DNA from: a virus
Taxonomy: Duplodnaviria > Caudoviricetes
Virus record (IMG/VR): IMGVR_UViG_2918249483_000002
Coordinates: 1-64,000 of that record
DNA length: 64,000 bases
Direction: 5' to 3' (one strand)
Positions 27,326 through 35,404 of this stretch are shown here, one piece after another. The position numbers and the translations under genes were made by a program. The stretch's first letter is position 1; each line of letters opens with the position of its first letter. The notes beneath the pieces were generated by a model, which was given only the letters and a program-made list of their open reading frames with translations, did not search any database and was not told where the DNA came from.

Positions 27326-28315
27326 ATGGATGGCATGGGTGATACCGGTTGGATCAGCCGCCTTTTGAGGGCGAGGCAACGACGTTCAGCAGTCACGGTT
27401 GAGCCGCCACAGGCGGAGACGGAGACCGACTCGCTAAAGCGCTATGTGGTGATCGACTGCGAGACGACGGGCTTATCAACGGCCCGGGGCGACCGGATGG
27501 TTAGCTTCGCTGCCATCGAGATCCTTGGGGTAGAGCCATCAGGGCGCAGCTTAAGTCTGATCTTCAACCCTGGCCGAAACTCAGATCCTCGCGCCCGGAG
27601 CGTCCACCGGTTATCCGACCACCTGCTTCGCCATCAGTCGCCGTTCTCATCGAGCCGCGACATAATCCATGACTTCTTGGCGGATGCAGTCATCGTTGGA
27701 CACAACGTCCAGTTCGATCTGTCATTCCTCTCTCACGAGTTCGCCCTATGCGGCTCCCGGTGGCATCAAGGCGCAAGCATCTGCACGCAGGAAGCATTCC
27801 AGGGATTGGGCATGGGGCGGGCGAGCTTAGATGCCGCAGCGGCGCATTTTGACATCGATATCTCCGCTCGCGCAGAATTCCACGGCGCCTTCATCGACGC
27901 GGAGATAACGAGCCAGCTTTTCCAAAGGATGGTGTTGGGGAAGGAGGTGGCGCGCGAAATTGCTCATTTGCCGCCGACTAACTTCGTGGAGCCCCCGCCT
28001 CTCGTGCAGAGCGCGGCAACCACCAAGGCGGGGCACGGTGTCCAGGGACTCGCCTTCGCCATAACCGGCGAGTTGACCAACATGACGCGCGATGAGGCAG
28101 CAGATCTGGTCGAGCGCCTCGGTGGCATATGGCACAAGGCCGTCAAAAAAGACACCGATTTCCTTGTGATCGGCCACGCGCCGGGAAATACGAAAATCGA
28201 GACAGCCGCCGCGCGACGGGCCAGGTATGGCAAGCCGGACAACATCGATGAAGCCCAGTTCTTACGTTTCATCGATTCGTCAGTTCAGGCCAATAATAAT
28301 GTAAGGGTGAAGTAA
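27326..28315 (+). CDS. DEDDh 3'-5' exonuclease (DnaQ-like) fused to BRCT
   Basis: VIDCETTG, GHNVQFD, HGAFIDA; C-term FAITGEL..MTRDEA..L.E.LGG.....V.KDTDFLV.G..PG.TK. Confidence 0.88.
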   Translation: MDGMGDTGWISRLLRARQRRSAVTVEPPQAETETDSLKRYVVIDCETTGLSTARGDRMVSFAAIEILGVEPSGRSLSLIFNPGRNSDPRARSVHRLSDHLLRHQSPFSSSRDIIHDFLADAVIVGHNVQFDLSFLSHEFALCGSRWHQGASICTQEAFQGLGMGRASLDAAAAHFDIDISARAEFHGAFIDAEITSQLFQRMVLGKEVAREIAHLPPTNFVEPPPLVQSAATTKAGHGVQGLAFAITGELTNMTRDEAADLVERLGGIWHKAVKKDTDFLVIGHAPGNTKIETAAARRARYGKPDNIDEAQFLRFIDSSVQANNNVRVK

Positions 28316-28316
28316 T

Positions 28317-28880
28317 ATGGCGGCGACATTCGAAGATATTGGCCTTGATTTATTCATCGAACATTTTCTAGATGGAGTTGTAATCCCCAATCATTACAAG
28401 AAGAAAAAGAAGGAAAAATTAACTTCGATTCGAGAATCTGATCTTCTCCCTATTGCATTATCCAACGGTCGTGCCGCATTTTCCGCCAGAGTTGAGGCAG
28501 GCGAGCAGGTTTGGAATGTATCGTTTACGCAGCACAACCTGCGTGTTTGGGTGAATAAAAACTGGAACACAGAGGCCCCTACGGTAGAGGGCCCTGCCGT
28601 TCGATCGTCCATTGCGAAAGTGTTGGAGGAAATTAGAGTCAAACAATTCATGTCGCCCGAGCAATCGACATGGCTTCTTCAGAGTTTTTGGAATGGGGAG
28701 GAGAGCGCCGCCGGACCCAACCTTGTTGGTGGGAATCTGCCGGGGTGGTTTGAAGAATTGGCCGACCAGTCTCTCATTGTGCCGGCGTTAGGGATGCTTC
28801 GCTGGTGCCTGACGGTAGAGGGGAGTGAGGTGTTCGAAATCCTCCACCGCTCCGTCAGACGCCACGACGCCCCAACATGA
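28317..28880 (+). CDS. Orphan hypothetical protein, AT-richer than flanks
   Basis: Starts 1 nt after exonuclease stop; KKKKK tract. Confidence 0.65.
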   Translation: MAATFEDIGLDLFIEHFLDGVVIPNHYKKKKKEKLTSIRESDLLPIALSNGRAAFSARVEAGEQVWNVSFTQHNLRVWVNKNWNTEAPTVEGPAVRSSIAKVLEEIRVKQFMSPEQSTWLLQSFWNGEESAAGPNLVGGNLPGWFEELADQSLIVPALGMLRWCLTVEGSEVFEILHRSVRRHDAPT

Positions 28881-28916
28881 TCGGGCGGGGAGCTGCTCCA
28901 GCGACAACAGCCAGGG

Positions 28917-29246
28917 TCACGCTGCCGCTGCAATTTCAACCGGCAAGCTGGCGACCGGCGCCGGCTTGGTCGCGCGCCAGAACGCTGCAACAGGGTTGCC
29001 GCAGCCGTGCCCAGCGGCGTCATGGCCGTCATCGGTGGCCGCCTCCAGGAAGTAATGCGCGACGAAGATCCGGACTTCGCTGGCCAGGTTCGGAGCCGGG
29101 AACGCGTCGAGGCCGGAGATCAGGGCGCTGACCGTCACTCCTTCCTTGACCGCGATCTTGTCCAGCGCGCTCCAGATGATGGTCTCCAGGCGCATCGAGG
29201 TCCGCCGGCCGTTCACCATCACGTTCTTCATCACCAGAGCCATCAC
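28917..29246 (-). CDS. Ribbon-helix-helix regulator (RHH_4-like)
   Basis: NVMVNGRRTSMRLE...W.AL..IA..EG.TV..L ... NLASEVR.FV..YF. Confidence 0.85.
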   Translation of the reverse strand: MMALVMKNVMVNGRRTSMRLETIIWSALDKIAVKEGVTVSALISGLDAFPAPNLASEVRIFVAHYFLEAATDDGHDAAGHGCGNPVAAFWRATKPAPVASLPVEIAAAA

Positions 29247-29338
29247 GACCTACCTTGCGAAACAGTTGCATTTGTCGGAGTTTCGATCCGCGAGAGGCGG
29301 CGTCGCAGTGAAGAACTTCACACGCCGCATACGGGACG

Positions 29339-30262
29339 ATGCAGAAAACGAGGTGGATGGTGGGTGGTGCGACAAAAGGCGCGCTCTGGACGCTGGTATC
29401 GGCGCTTTCGTTCATGTGCGCGAACATCCTGATCAAGCACCTGTCCGCGAAACTGCCGGCGCTGGAGATGGCCTTGTTCCGGTCGGCCGGCGGCCTGCTG
29501 ATGGCGTTCGTCGCCTGGCGCGCATTCCTGCACCTCCGCCAGCTCCGCGACCCGCAGTGGCACCTGACCCGCGCGGCGGTCGGCGCCGTCAGCCTGATGG
29601 CTCTGGTCCACGCCTACAGCTCCTTGCCCATCGCCCTGGTGACCGGCTTCATGTATGTCAGGGTCTTGTTGGTCATTCCGATGCAGCGGGTGATCCTGGG
29701 CGAATCCGCCGACCGCCGGGTCTGGATCGCCGCAGGCATCGGCATCGTCGGCGCGCTCATCGCCCTGTGGCCGCGCCTGGTCACCATCGGGACGCCGCAT
29801 TGGAGCTGGGCGGTGGGCTCGCTGATCATCGCGGCCTTCGCGGGGGCGGGTAGCCAAATCTGCATGCGCCGGCTGGCCCGGACCAACCCGGCTACGGTGG
29901 TGGTCGCCGTGTCGGCGATCCTGATCAGCGCCATCGTCGCGATCCCGGCCAGCACCGTCGCCGTTGAGCCGCCGGCCGGCGACCTACCGTGGTTGATTGG
30001 CATGGCGCTGCTGTCCGCCTGCGCGCAGTGGGCAACCGTCCGCGGCTACAAGCATGCCTCCCCGGCGGTGCTGATGCCCGTCACCCTGGTTGACGTGCCC
30101 GTGGCGCTGGTCTCCGGCTACCTGCTGTTCGGCGAGGTGCCGACCGTGCACGCGGCGGTGGGAGCGGCGATCATCATCGCGGCGGCGGTCTACGTCACGC
30201 GGTCGAGTCGGCCCGAGTCGCGGCAGGCGACGGGCTCTTCTCCCGGACGGGTTCTCAGCTAA
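29339..30262 (+). CDS. EamA/DMT family small-molecule transporter
   Basis: ~10 TM helices in two EamA repeats (FRS..G, ILGE......W.A..IG..G...., GYLLFGEVP....VGA.II). Confidence 0.9.
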   Translation: MQKTRWMVGGATKGALWTLVSALSFMCANILIKHLSAKLPALEMALFRSAGGLLMAFVAWRAFLHLRQLRDPQWHLTRAAVGAVSLMALVHAYSSLPIALVTGFMYVRVLLVIPMQRVILGESADRRVWIAAGIGIVGALIALWPRLVTIGTPHWSWAVGSLIIAAFAGAGSQICMRRLARTNPATVVVAVSAILISAIVAIPASTVAVEPPAGDLPWLIGMALLSACAQWATVRGYKHASPAVLMPVTLVDVPVALVSGYLLFGEVPTVHAAVGAAIIIAAAVYVTRSSRPESRQATGSSPGRVLS

Positions 30263-30301
30263 TCGCAGCGCGCAAAGCCAACGTCATAACTTTTTTGGTG
30301 A

Positions 30302-30439
30302 CGCCAGACCGCAACAAGACGTCGCCAGACCATCAAGATCCCAAAAATGGGACGTGGAGCATGTCCAGGTGAATAACATAGTATGCGCGCACCGAATGAT
30401 GGTGAAAATCTCCTATTGTGACCCGTTTGGGTGATGCGC
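30302..30439. promoter_or_regulatory. Candidate regulator-binding sites upstream of PAS-LuxR gene
   Basis: Direct repeat CGCCAGACC at 30302 and 30323 (21 bp apart); palindrome TCCCA-AAAA-TGGGA (30339-30352); near-palindrome ACCCGTTTGGGT-GATGC at 30421. Confidence 0.45.
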
Positions 30440-30487
30440 TCGGATGATTAGGTTGCTAGGCTTGCAGCAACTTAATTCAGCGAGGGC

Positions 30488-31561
30488 ATGCCGATTATGG
30501 CGGCGCTTGATATTCCCGCAGATGCTCCGCCTTCCTTGTCGGAAATGGCTGCGCTCGCCGTCCGTCTCGGGTCGGGCGCCGTGGTCTTCAGCCCTGATGA
30601 TCGGCTTGAGTTCGCCAGCGACCATTTCCGTCGGATGTATGAGTTCTGCGACTTCGGGCGAGGACTGACCTTCGACGACATCCTTCTGGCGTCGTTGGCA
30701 ATGGAGGAGAGGGCCGGCTTCAAACTGCCGGAACCCCCCACGGAAAAGCTGGAACGTACCAAGCGGCGTCGCCGAGTGGAGCGCATGGAGTTTGTCCGTG
30801 AGTTCCCCGTGCCGTTGATGTGCTTGCATTGGATGCACCACAGCGGATGGTCCATCCAGATCAGGGCGGAGCCCAAGCACGTTGGCCTGTCGAGCTTCTT
30901 CGACGCCGACCTGCCTGCCTTCGGCCTTTTGGAGGCCCTTCGTCGTCGAGAAGAACTGTCCCAGCGCGCGGCCGTGCTGGACAGTATCGACCTTGCGGTT
31001 GCGGTACTCGGTCCAGAGGGGGGCGTCAGATATCAAAATGCTGCCTTTGCCGCCCTGGTTGATGCCTCTGATGGGTTGAGGATTGATGATGACGGGCACG
31101 TCTGCGCCGTGGATGCCGGTAGCGCTGACAGGCTTCAGGCGGTCATCGCCGCAGCGGCGTTTGGTCGGCCAAGCGCCAGACAAGTTGCCATGTGCCTCCC
31201 TCGCCAAAGGGGAGAGCCGCACGTCCTTTCGGTGTCCCGCGGTGTAGGGGCCTTGCTCGGATCGGCCGTCCTTATCATCGCTCCCATCTTGCTGGATGTG
31301 GGGACGCTGGCCAGCATCCTCTATCGCGACTTCGGCTTGACCCAAGCGCAGGCGGAGGTCGCCGCCCATGTCGGGGCAGGATTGTCGCCGGATGAGGCGG
31401 CTGAGGCTCTTGGGAAATCGCGCGACACAGCCCGCACTCAGCTCAAAGGTGTTTTCGCAAGACTTGGACAGAATATCGGAGGCAGGACGCAAGCCCGCCT
31501 TACGCGGTTCTCCGCGTTGCTGTCATCGATTTCCGGTGCCGCCCGGCAGCGCGGTTATTGA
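30488..31561 (+). CDS. PAS-PAS-LuxR HTH transcriptional regulator
   Basis: N-term PAS (AVVFSPDDRLEFASDHFRRMY), second PAS (LDSIDLAVAVLGPEGGVRYQNAAF), C-term FGLTQAQAEVA..VGAG.SPDEAAE.LGKS..TARTQLK.VF. Confidence 0.88.
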   Translation: MPIMAALDIPADAPPSLSEMAALAVRLGSGAVVFSPDDRLEFASDHFRRMYEFCDFGRGLTFDDILLASLAMEERAGFKLPEPPTEKLERTKRRRRVERMEFVREFPVPLMCLHWMHHSGWSIQIRAEPKHVGLSSFFDADLPAFGLLEALRRREELSQRAAVLDSIDLAVAVLGPEGGVRYQNAAFAALVDASDGLRIDDDGHVCAVDAGSADRLQAVIAAAAFGRPSARQVAMCLPRQRGEPHVLSVSRGVGALLGSAVLIIAPILLDVGTLASILYRDFGLTQAQAEVAAHVGAGLSPDEAAEALGKSRDTARTQLKGVFARLGQNIGGRTQARLTRFSALLSSISGAARQRGY

Positions 31562-31575
31562 ACAGGGGTTAGTCT

Positions 31576-32031
31576 ATGAACATTGATGATGCTCTGAATG
31601 CAGTCGAGGCCATCGATATGAGCGTTCTGGTATCCGACTTGATCGAGAAGGGTACGGACAGGGCGCGTGCCGAACGCTCGGTGGCCCAATATCGTGAGTT
31701 CTTCGCCACATGCGCTGCTTACCCGGATGCACCTCTCGTCCCGACTCATCTGTGCGATCTTGCTTGGCACGCCCACATGCTCCGCCCCAGCAAGTATGCC
31801 AGGGATTGCATGGCGGTGCTGGGCCACATCATGGATCATGACCCCGGAGTCTATCGCACCGGGCCGTTCCAGGAGGCCTACGATCTGACGCGTAAGTTGG
31901 TTCCGTACGGACACCTGATGCCGGTCGACGCATATGCGCTGGAAAATGAGATGGCCGGGGCTGAGTGTTTCCGCGAACCGAATCAGCGGCCTGATCGCGA
32001 GGACCCACTGTACATCAAGTTCGACGCATAG
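31576..32031 (+). CDS. GRDP/DUF1399-like His-motif protein
   Basis: A.....QYR.F......YP...LVP...CDLAWHAHML.P..Y..DC...LG...DHDP motif; 14 nt after luxR, GGGG RBS. Confidence 0.75.
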   Translation: MNIDDALNAVEAIDMSVLVSDLIEKGTDRARAERSVAQYREFFATCAAYPDAPLVPTHLCDLAWHAHMLRPSKYARDCMAVLGHIMDHDPGVYRTGPFQEAYDLTRKLVPYGHLMPVDAYALENEMAGAECFREPNQRPDREDPLYIKFDA

Positions 32032-32423
32032 CATCAGTCCGCCGACAGGCGGAGGCTACTAAGGCGGTGGGCGCCTTTTCGCTGCGATGGCTTTACCAGA
32101 GCCGTCACCAGAGAAACCAACGGCAATATGCCGGAGGCTGAACTCAACTCCACCCGCACCGCCGGACGGTAAGGGCAAGGATAGACTCAGGGGCGTCCAT
32201 ATGCCGAGTATCTTTTTGCGTTCGAATGTTGCCACTGAAGAGCAATCCTCGCTGTCGAAGCCTTGCGAGGAAATTTCGACCCCTGGCGAAAGGAGCGCTA
32301 TTTCGCATGTATTCGGAGCACGTAGGCTGCGCCAAGGAAGCGCTCCTATCAATTCCCACAACGGATTTGCAAATAGATCCTAATCTTTAGGGTATTGATA
32401 GCTTGAGAGTGGAGTCGCATGTT

Positions 32424-32591
32424 ATGCTAACGGAAGAAGAGCGCGAGTGGATTGTTAGCGAACTCGCAGAATTCATTCTGGATAAAGGCGTAAGGGGGGA
32501 GCGGATCATTATCCGCTGGATTCGTCTGCGGCGTCGCGCGGCTTCCTGCGGCGCTTCCTATTCGCCTGCAGCGCCTTTCCAGTTTCGATAG
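32424..32591 (+). CDS. Possible small ORF convergent with repressor
   Basis: MLTEEEREWIVSELAEFILDKGVRGERIIIRW...; GGAG upstream; overlaps repressor 3' end. Confidence 0.3.
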   Translation: MLTEEEREWIVSELAEFILDKGVRGERIIIRWIRLRRRAASCGASYSPAAPFQFR

Positions 32592-32895
32592 CTTCATCCC
32601 TGGAAGTCATTTTCTCTAATATTGCGTTGGCTGCTTGACGCGCACGTACTCTCTGCTCCCAGTCAGGTTCGCCATATTCAAGCAGTTCAACAACAGTCAT
32701 TCCTGCCGCCTTAGCAATGGCGTGCAGCGTGGAGACCGTCGGATTGCCCCGCATTGCACTCCGAAGAGTGGACTCATTCTTACCCGCCATCTTCGCCCAG
32801 TTGTTAGGCGAATGGAGGCGGTCTCCATGGACCGACATAACGCGGTCAACCACTTCCCCAAGGTCGGGGCGGTCTGAGATTCTATCGTCTACCAT
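32509..32895 (-). CDS. Phage repressor-like HTH protein (128 aa, no S24 peptidase domain)
   Basis: WAKMAGKNESTLRSAMRGNPTVSTLHAIAKAAGMTVVELL XRE HTH; divergent from cro across three operators. Confidence 0.8.
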   Translation of the reverse strand: MVDDRISDRPDLGEVVDRVMSVHGDRLHSPNNWAKMAGKNESTLRSAMRGNPTVSTLHAIAKAAGMTVVELLEYGEPDWEQRVRARQAANAILEKMTSRDEAIETGKALQANRKRRRKPRDAADESSG

Positions 32896-32901
32896 GGCCG
32901 T

Positions 32902-33000
32902 ATTATGGCGCGACCGCGAAAAATCGCGACCGCGCTCTATCGCGCTCTTCTGGCTCGAATGCGATTGACTAACCGCGATATATCGCGGCATTATAGAGCC
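32902..33000. promoter_or_regulatory. OR operators with divergent pRM/pR promoters
   Basis: CGCGAAAAATCGCG (32915), CGCGCTCTATCGCG (32931), CCGCGATATATCGCGG (32973); TTGACT-18-CATTAT ends 6 nt before cro ATG; CATAAT ends 6 nt before repressor ATG. Confidence 0.85.
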
Positions 33001-33231
33001 ATGCTTCATATCGACGAATGCGTCCATAAAATCTGTTCCTACGCGAAGGCTAAAGGCTGGAGCGCCGAGGAGTATGCGCGCGAAGCGGAGATCCCTCCGA
33101 GCACCGCCCGGGATGTGCTGAAGAACCGTGGGAACGCGACCCGGAAAACGCTGAGGGCGATGGAAGGTGTGGTGCCGCGCGACTTCGAGGCGCCGGCAGG
33201 CGACGTCTCGCCCGAAGGCGAGGACTCATAG
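33001..33231 (+). CDS. Cro-like HTH protein
   Basis: GWSAEEYAREAEIPPSTARDVLK..GNAT.KTL..ME; 76 aa; position in switch. Confidence 0.75.
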   Translation: MLHIDECVHKICSYAKAKGWSAEEYAREAEIPPSTARDVLKNRGNATRKTLRAMEGVVPRDFEAPAGDVSPEGEDS

Positions 33232-33904
33232 ATGCCGATCCTCGCTTCCCCGATCCAACCCACCAAACAGAGGACGGCCGAAAGGTCGAGGCTTTCATGG
33301 GCAGCATGAACCAATTCGTCTGCGCCGTTGCCGGCTTCGTTGCCCGTGTCGGTGTTCAATGGGATGGGTGCCTCACCCAACCAAAGGTCAGGGAAGCTTT
33401 CAGCCTCCCGGCTTGGTCGCCGACCTGGCGCCACTGGCTTCTACTTGCGCCCATTCCCAACGCCTGTGACCGGCTGCCCGGCGAAAATGGCTTCGGCGAG
33501 CGGCATCGCGGCGGAGCCGAGGAGGTGAGCGTCCTGGCTTCCTAACTCGGCTCGCAGATCTCCCTCGGCTTCGTGCGCCAGAACGGTCCGTTCGCCGCCC
33601 GCATCATGCGTCAGGCTTCCAACCCAGGCGCACAGCAACCCCAGCTTACCACGTGGCCAGCATACCGGGCCGGTGGCGGGATAGGGGAGGGCGCAGAAGG
33701 TCGGGGCACCAAGGACAGGATGGGTAACGCCTACCGCCAATTTGGGGCTCCGGTTGGGTGGTGGGAAAGGTGAGCGGGAAGGGTGGTCAATTCCTCCGCC
33801 GCTCACCGGCCGCACCGCGGTGGGGACGCGAGGCGGCGATTCGATGGGCTCATCATTTCGCCAAAATGGCGAGTGCGAAACTTATAATGCACGGGGTTGG
33901 TTAT

Positions 33905-34453
33905 ATGAGAACCAAATGCGAACCTTCCGATGCTGATCTGACCGACCCGGTTCTCAAGATCAAGCACGCGTTCCGCATGCTGGTGAAGCAGGCCGGCGGC
34001 GTCGAGGCTGCGGCGGCCGAAGTCGGCATCAGCATCGCGTCGATCTCCAACTACACCAACCCGAACAAGCCGGACCAAGTCCGTGTCGACGTCATGCACG
34101 CGCTGGAGCGGGCCATCGGCGACCCGGTGATGCTTCGGGTGCTGGCTGACCTGCACGGCTTCGAGCTGACCCCGAAGGCCCCGGCCGACGGGGACGATCA
34201 CCAGGGGCTCGACATCCATCTCCCGGACAGCATGGACGTGACGCTGAAGGCCGCCGAGATCGGGCAGGCCCTGGCCGATGCGATCGAGCGCGGGGTGATG
34301 ACCGAGGAGACGGCTCTCCGCATCGAGGACCGGTGCGGTCGGATCGTGAGCCGCGCCGTGAAGATGCGCGATGTCGCTGCCCGCATCCGGGCCATCGTCA
34401 AGAAGAGCCGGAAGCCGTGGTCCTTGCGTGCCCGCGTCAAGGGAGGCGAGTGA
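33905..34453 (+). CDS. CII-like regulatory protein (start 33866 or 33905)
   Basis: LVKQAGGVEAAAAEVG.S...IS.Y.NPN.PD...VD....LE...GDP..L..LA...GF.L; downstream of cro. Confidence 0.7.
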   Translation: MRTKCEPSDADLTDPVLKIKHAFRMLVKQAGGVEAAAAEVGISIASISNYTNPNKPDQVRVDVMHALERAIGDPVMLRVLADLHGFELTPKAPADGDDHQGLDIHLPDSMDVTLKAAEIGQALADAIERGVMTEETALRIEDRCGRIVSRAVKMRDVAARIRAIVKKSRKPWSLRARVKGGE

Positions 34454-34653
34454 TGGACGGCATCACGAATTCCAAGCCGGCGACGGGCAGCGCGGTGTCT
34501 GCCGAAGCGACCCGCCAGCCAAAGTTTCACGGCGCCGCCCGCGGTGCTGGTGGCCACGCCCACATGCTGGCTGTCGACCTGCCGAGCGAGCTGGGCGGCG
34601 ACGCGATCGCGTCCGAGTGGGGCGGGCCGCAGTTCCAGGTGAACAAGCAATGA
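34453..34653 (+). CDS. Hypothetical protein
   Basis: TGATG coupling, GGAGG RBS. Confidence 0.5.
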   Translation: MDGITNSKPATGSAVSAEATRQPKFHGAARGAGGHAHMLAVDLPSELGGDAIASEWGGPQFQVNKQ

Positions 34654-34907
34654 GCGCCGCCCCTCGCCGCAATCCCTCTCACGGTTCCCCCTGGAGCCGG
34701 AGCAACGGGAACCTGTTTCGGTTCGAGCGTGTGCGTCACGACTATGATGACCGCACGGTCCCTGCCGACATGCTGGAGCAGATCCGCAGCTTCACCGGCA
34801 AGGTGCAGCAGTGCCCACCCTCCGCCTACGCCTCGCAGTTTGGTCAGGCCCTGTCGTCGACCGGCACCGCCGGTGGGCGCGTCCATGGGAAGGGCAGGGT
34901 GCGATGA
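34650..34907 (+). CDS. Hypothetical protein
   Basis: ATGA coupling at both ends. Confidence 0.5.
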   Translation: MSAAPRRNPSHGSPWSRSNGNLFRFERVRHDYDDRTVPADMLEQIRSFTGKVQQCPPSAYASQFGQALSSTGTAGGRVHGKGRVR

Positions 34908-35404
34908 CCAAGCGCGGCGGAACCGTCAGCCTTGCCGACCTCGCTCCGGCCTACCAGGACCGGGCCATCCGGATCCATGCCGGCGTGATGGAGGGGGAGA
35001 AGGCTCTGAAGCAGGGCCGGCGGAGCGCGCTGCTGCGGAAGGAATCGGAGGACGCTTTCAACATCGTGGTGGAGCGCTTCCTCACCTATGCGCTTCCGCC
35101 CTTGGACACGTGGTTCTGCCACATCCCGAACGAAGGGAAGCGGAGCAAGGCCGAGGGCGCCAAGCTGAAGGCCAAGGGGATGAAGAAGGGGGCGGCTGAC
35201 CTGCTCCTCATCCACCTCGGTCGGGCTTTCATGCTCGAACTCAAGGTCACCGGCGGGAAGGTCTCCGCCGACCAGGCGCTGTGCCATGCCGACGTGCGCC
35301 GAGCGGGTGCACCGGTGGCCGTCGCCTTCACCCTCACCGAAGTTGAAACCGCCCTGCGCACCTGGGGAATCCCGCTGCGCGGCACTGCGCAAGGATTCGC
35401 CTGA
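34904..35404 (+). CDS. VRR-NUC-like nuclease
   Basis: FCHIPNEGKRS...GAKLKA.G.KKG.ADL ... LELK...GK.S.DQ. Confidence 0.85.
   Translation: MTKRGGTVSLADLAPAYQDRAIRIHAGVMEGEKALKQGRRSALLRKESEDAFNIVVERFLTYALPPLDTWFCHIPNEGKRSKAEGAKLKAKGMKKGAADLLLIHLGRAFMLELKVTGGKVSADQALCHADVRRAGAPVAVAFTLTEVETALRTWGIPLRGTAQGFA

Noticed and set aside
32059-32361. 100-aa minus-strand ORF downstream of repressor
   Set aside because: TTG start without RBS and no recognisable domain; cannot be supported, though not excluded
33266-33296. Hammerhead-ribozyme-like CAGAGGA-stem-GAAA
   Set aside because: Core deviates from CUGANGA and lacks the GAAA after stem II
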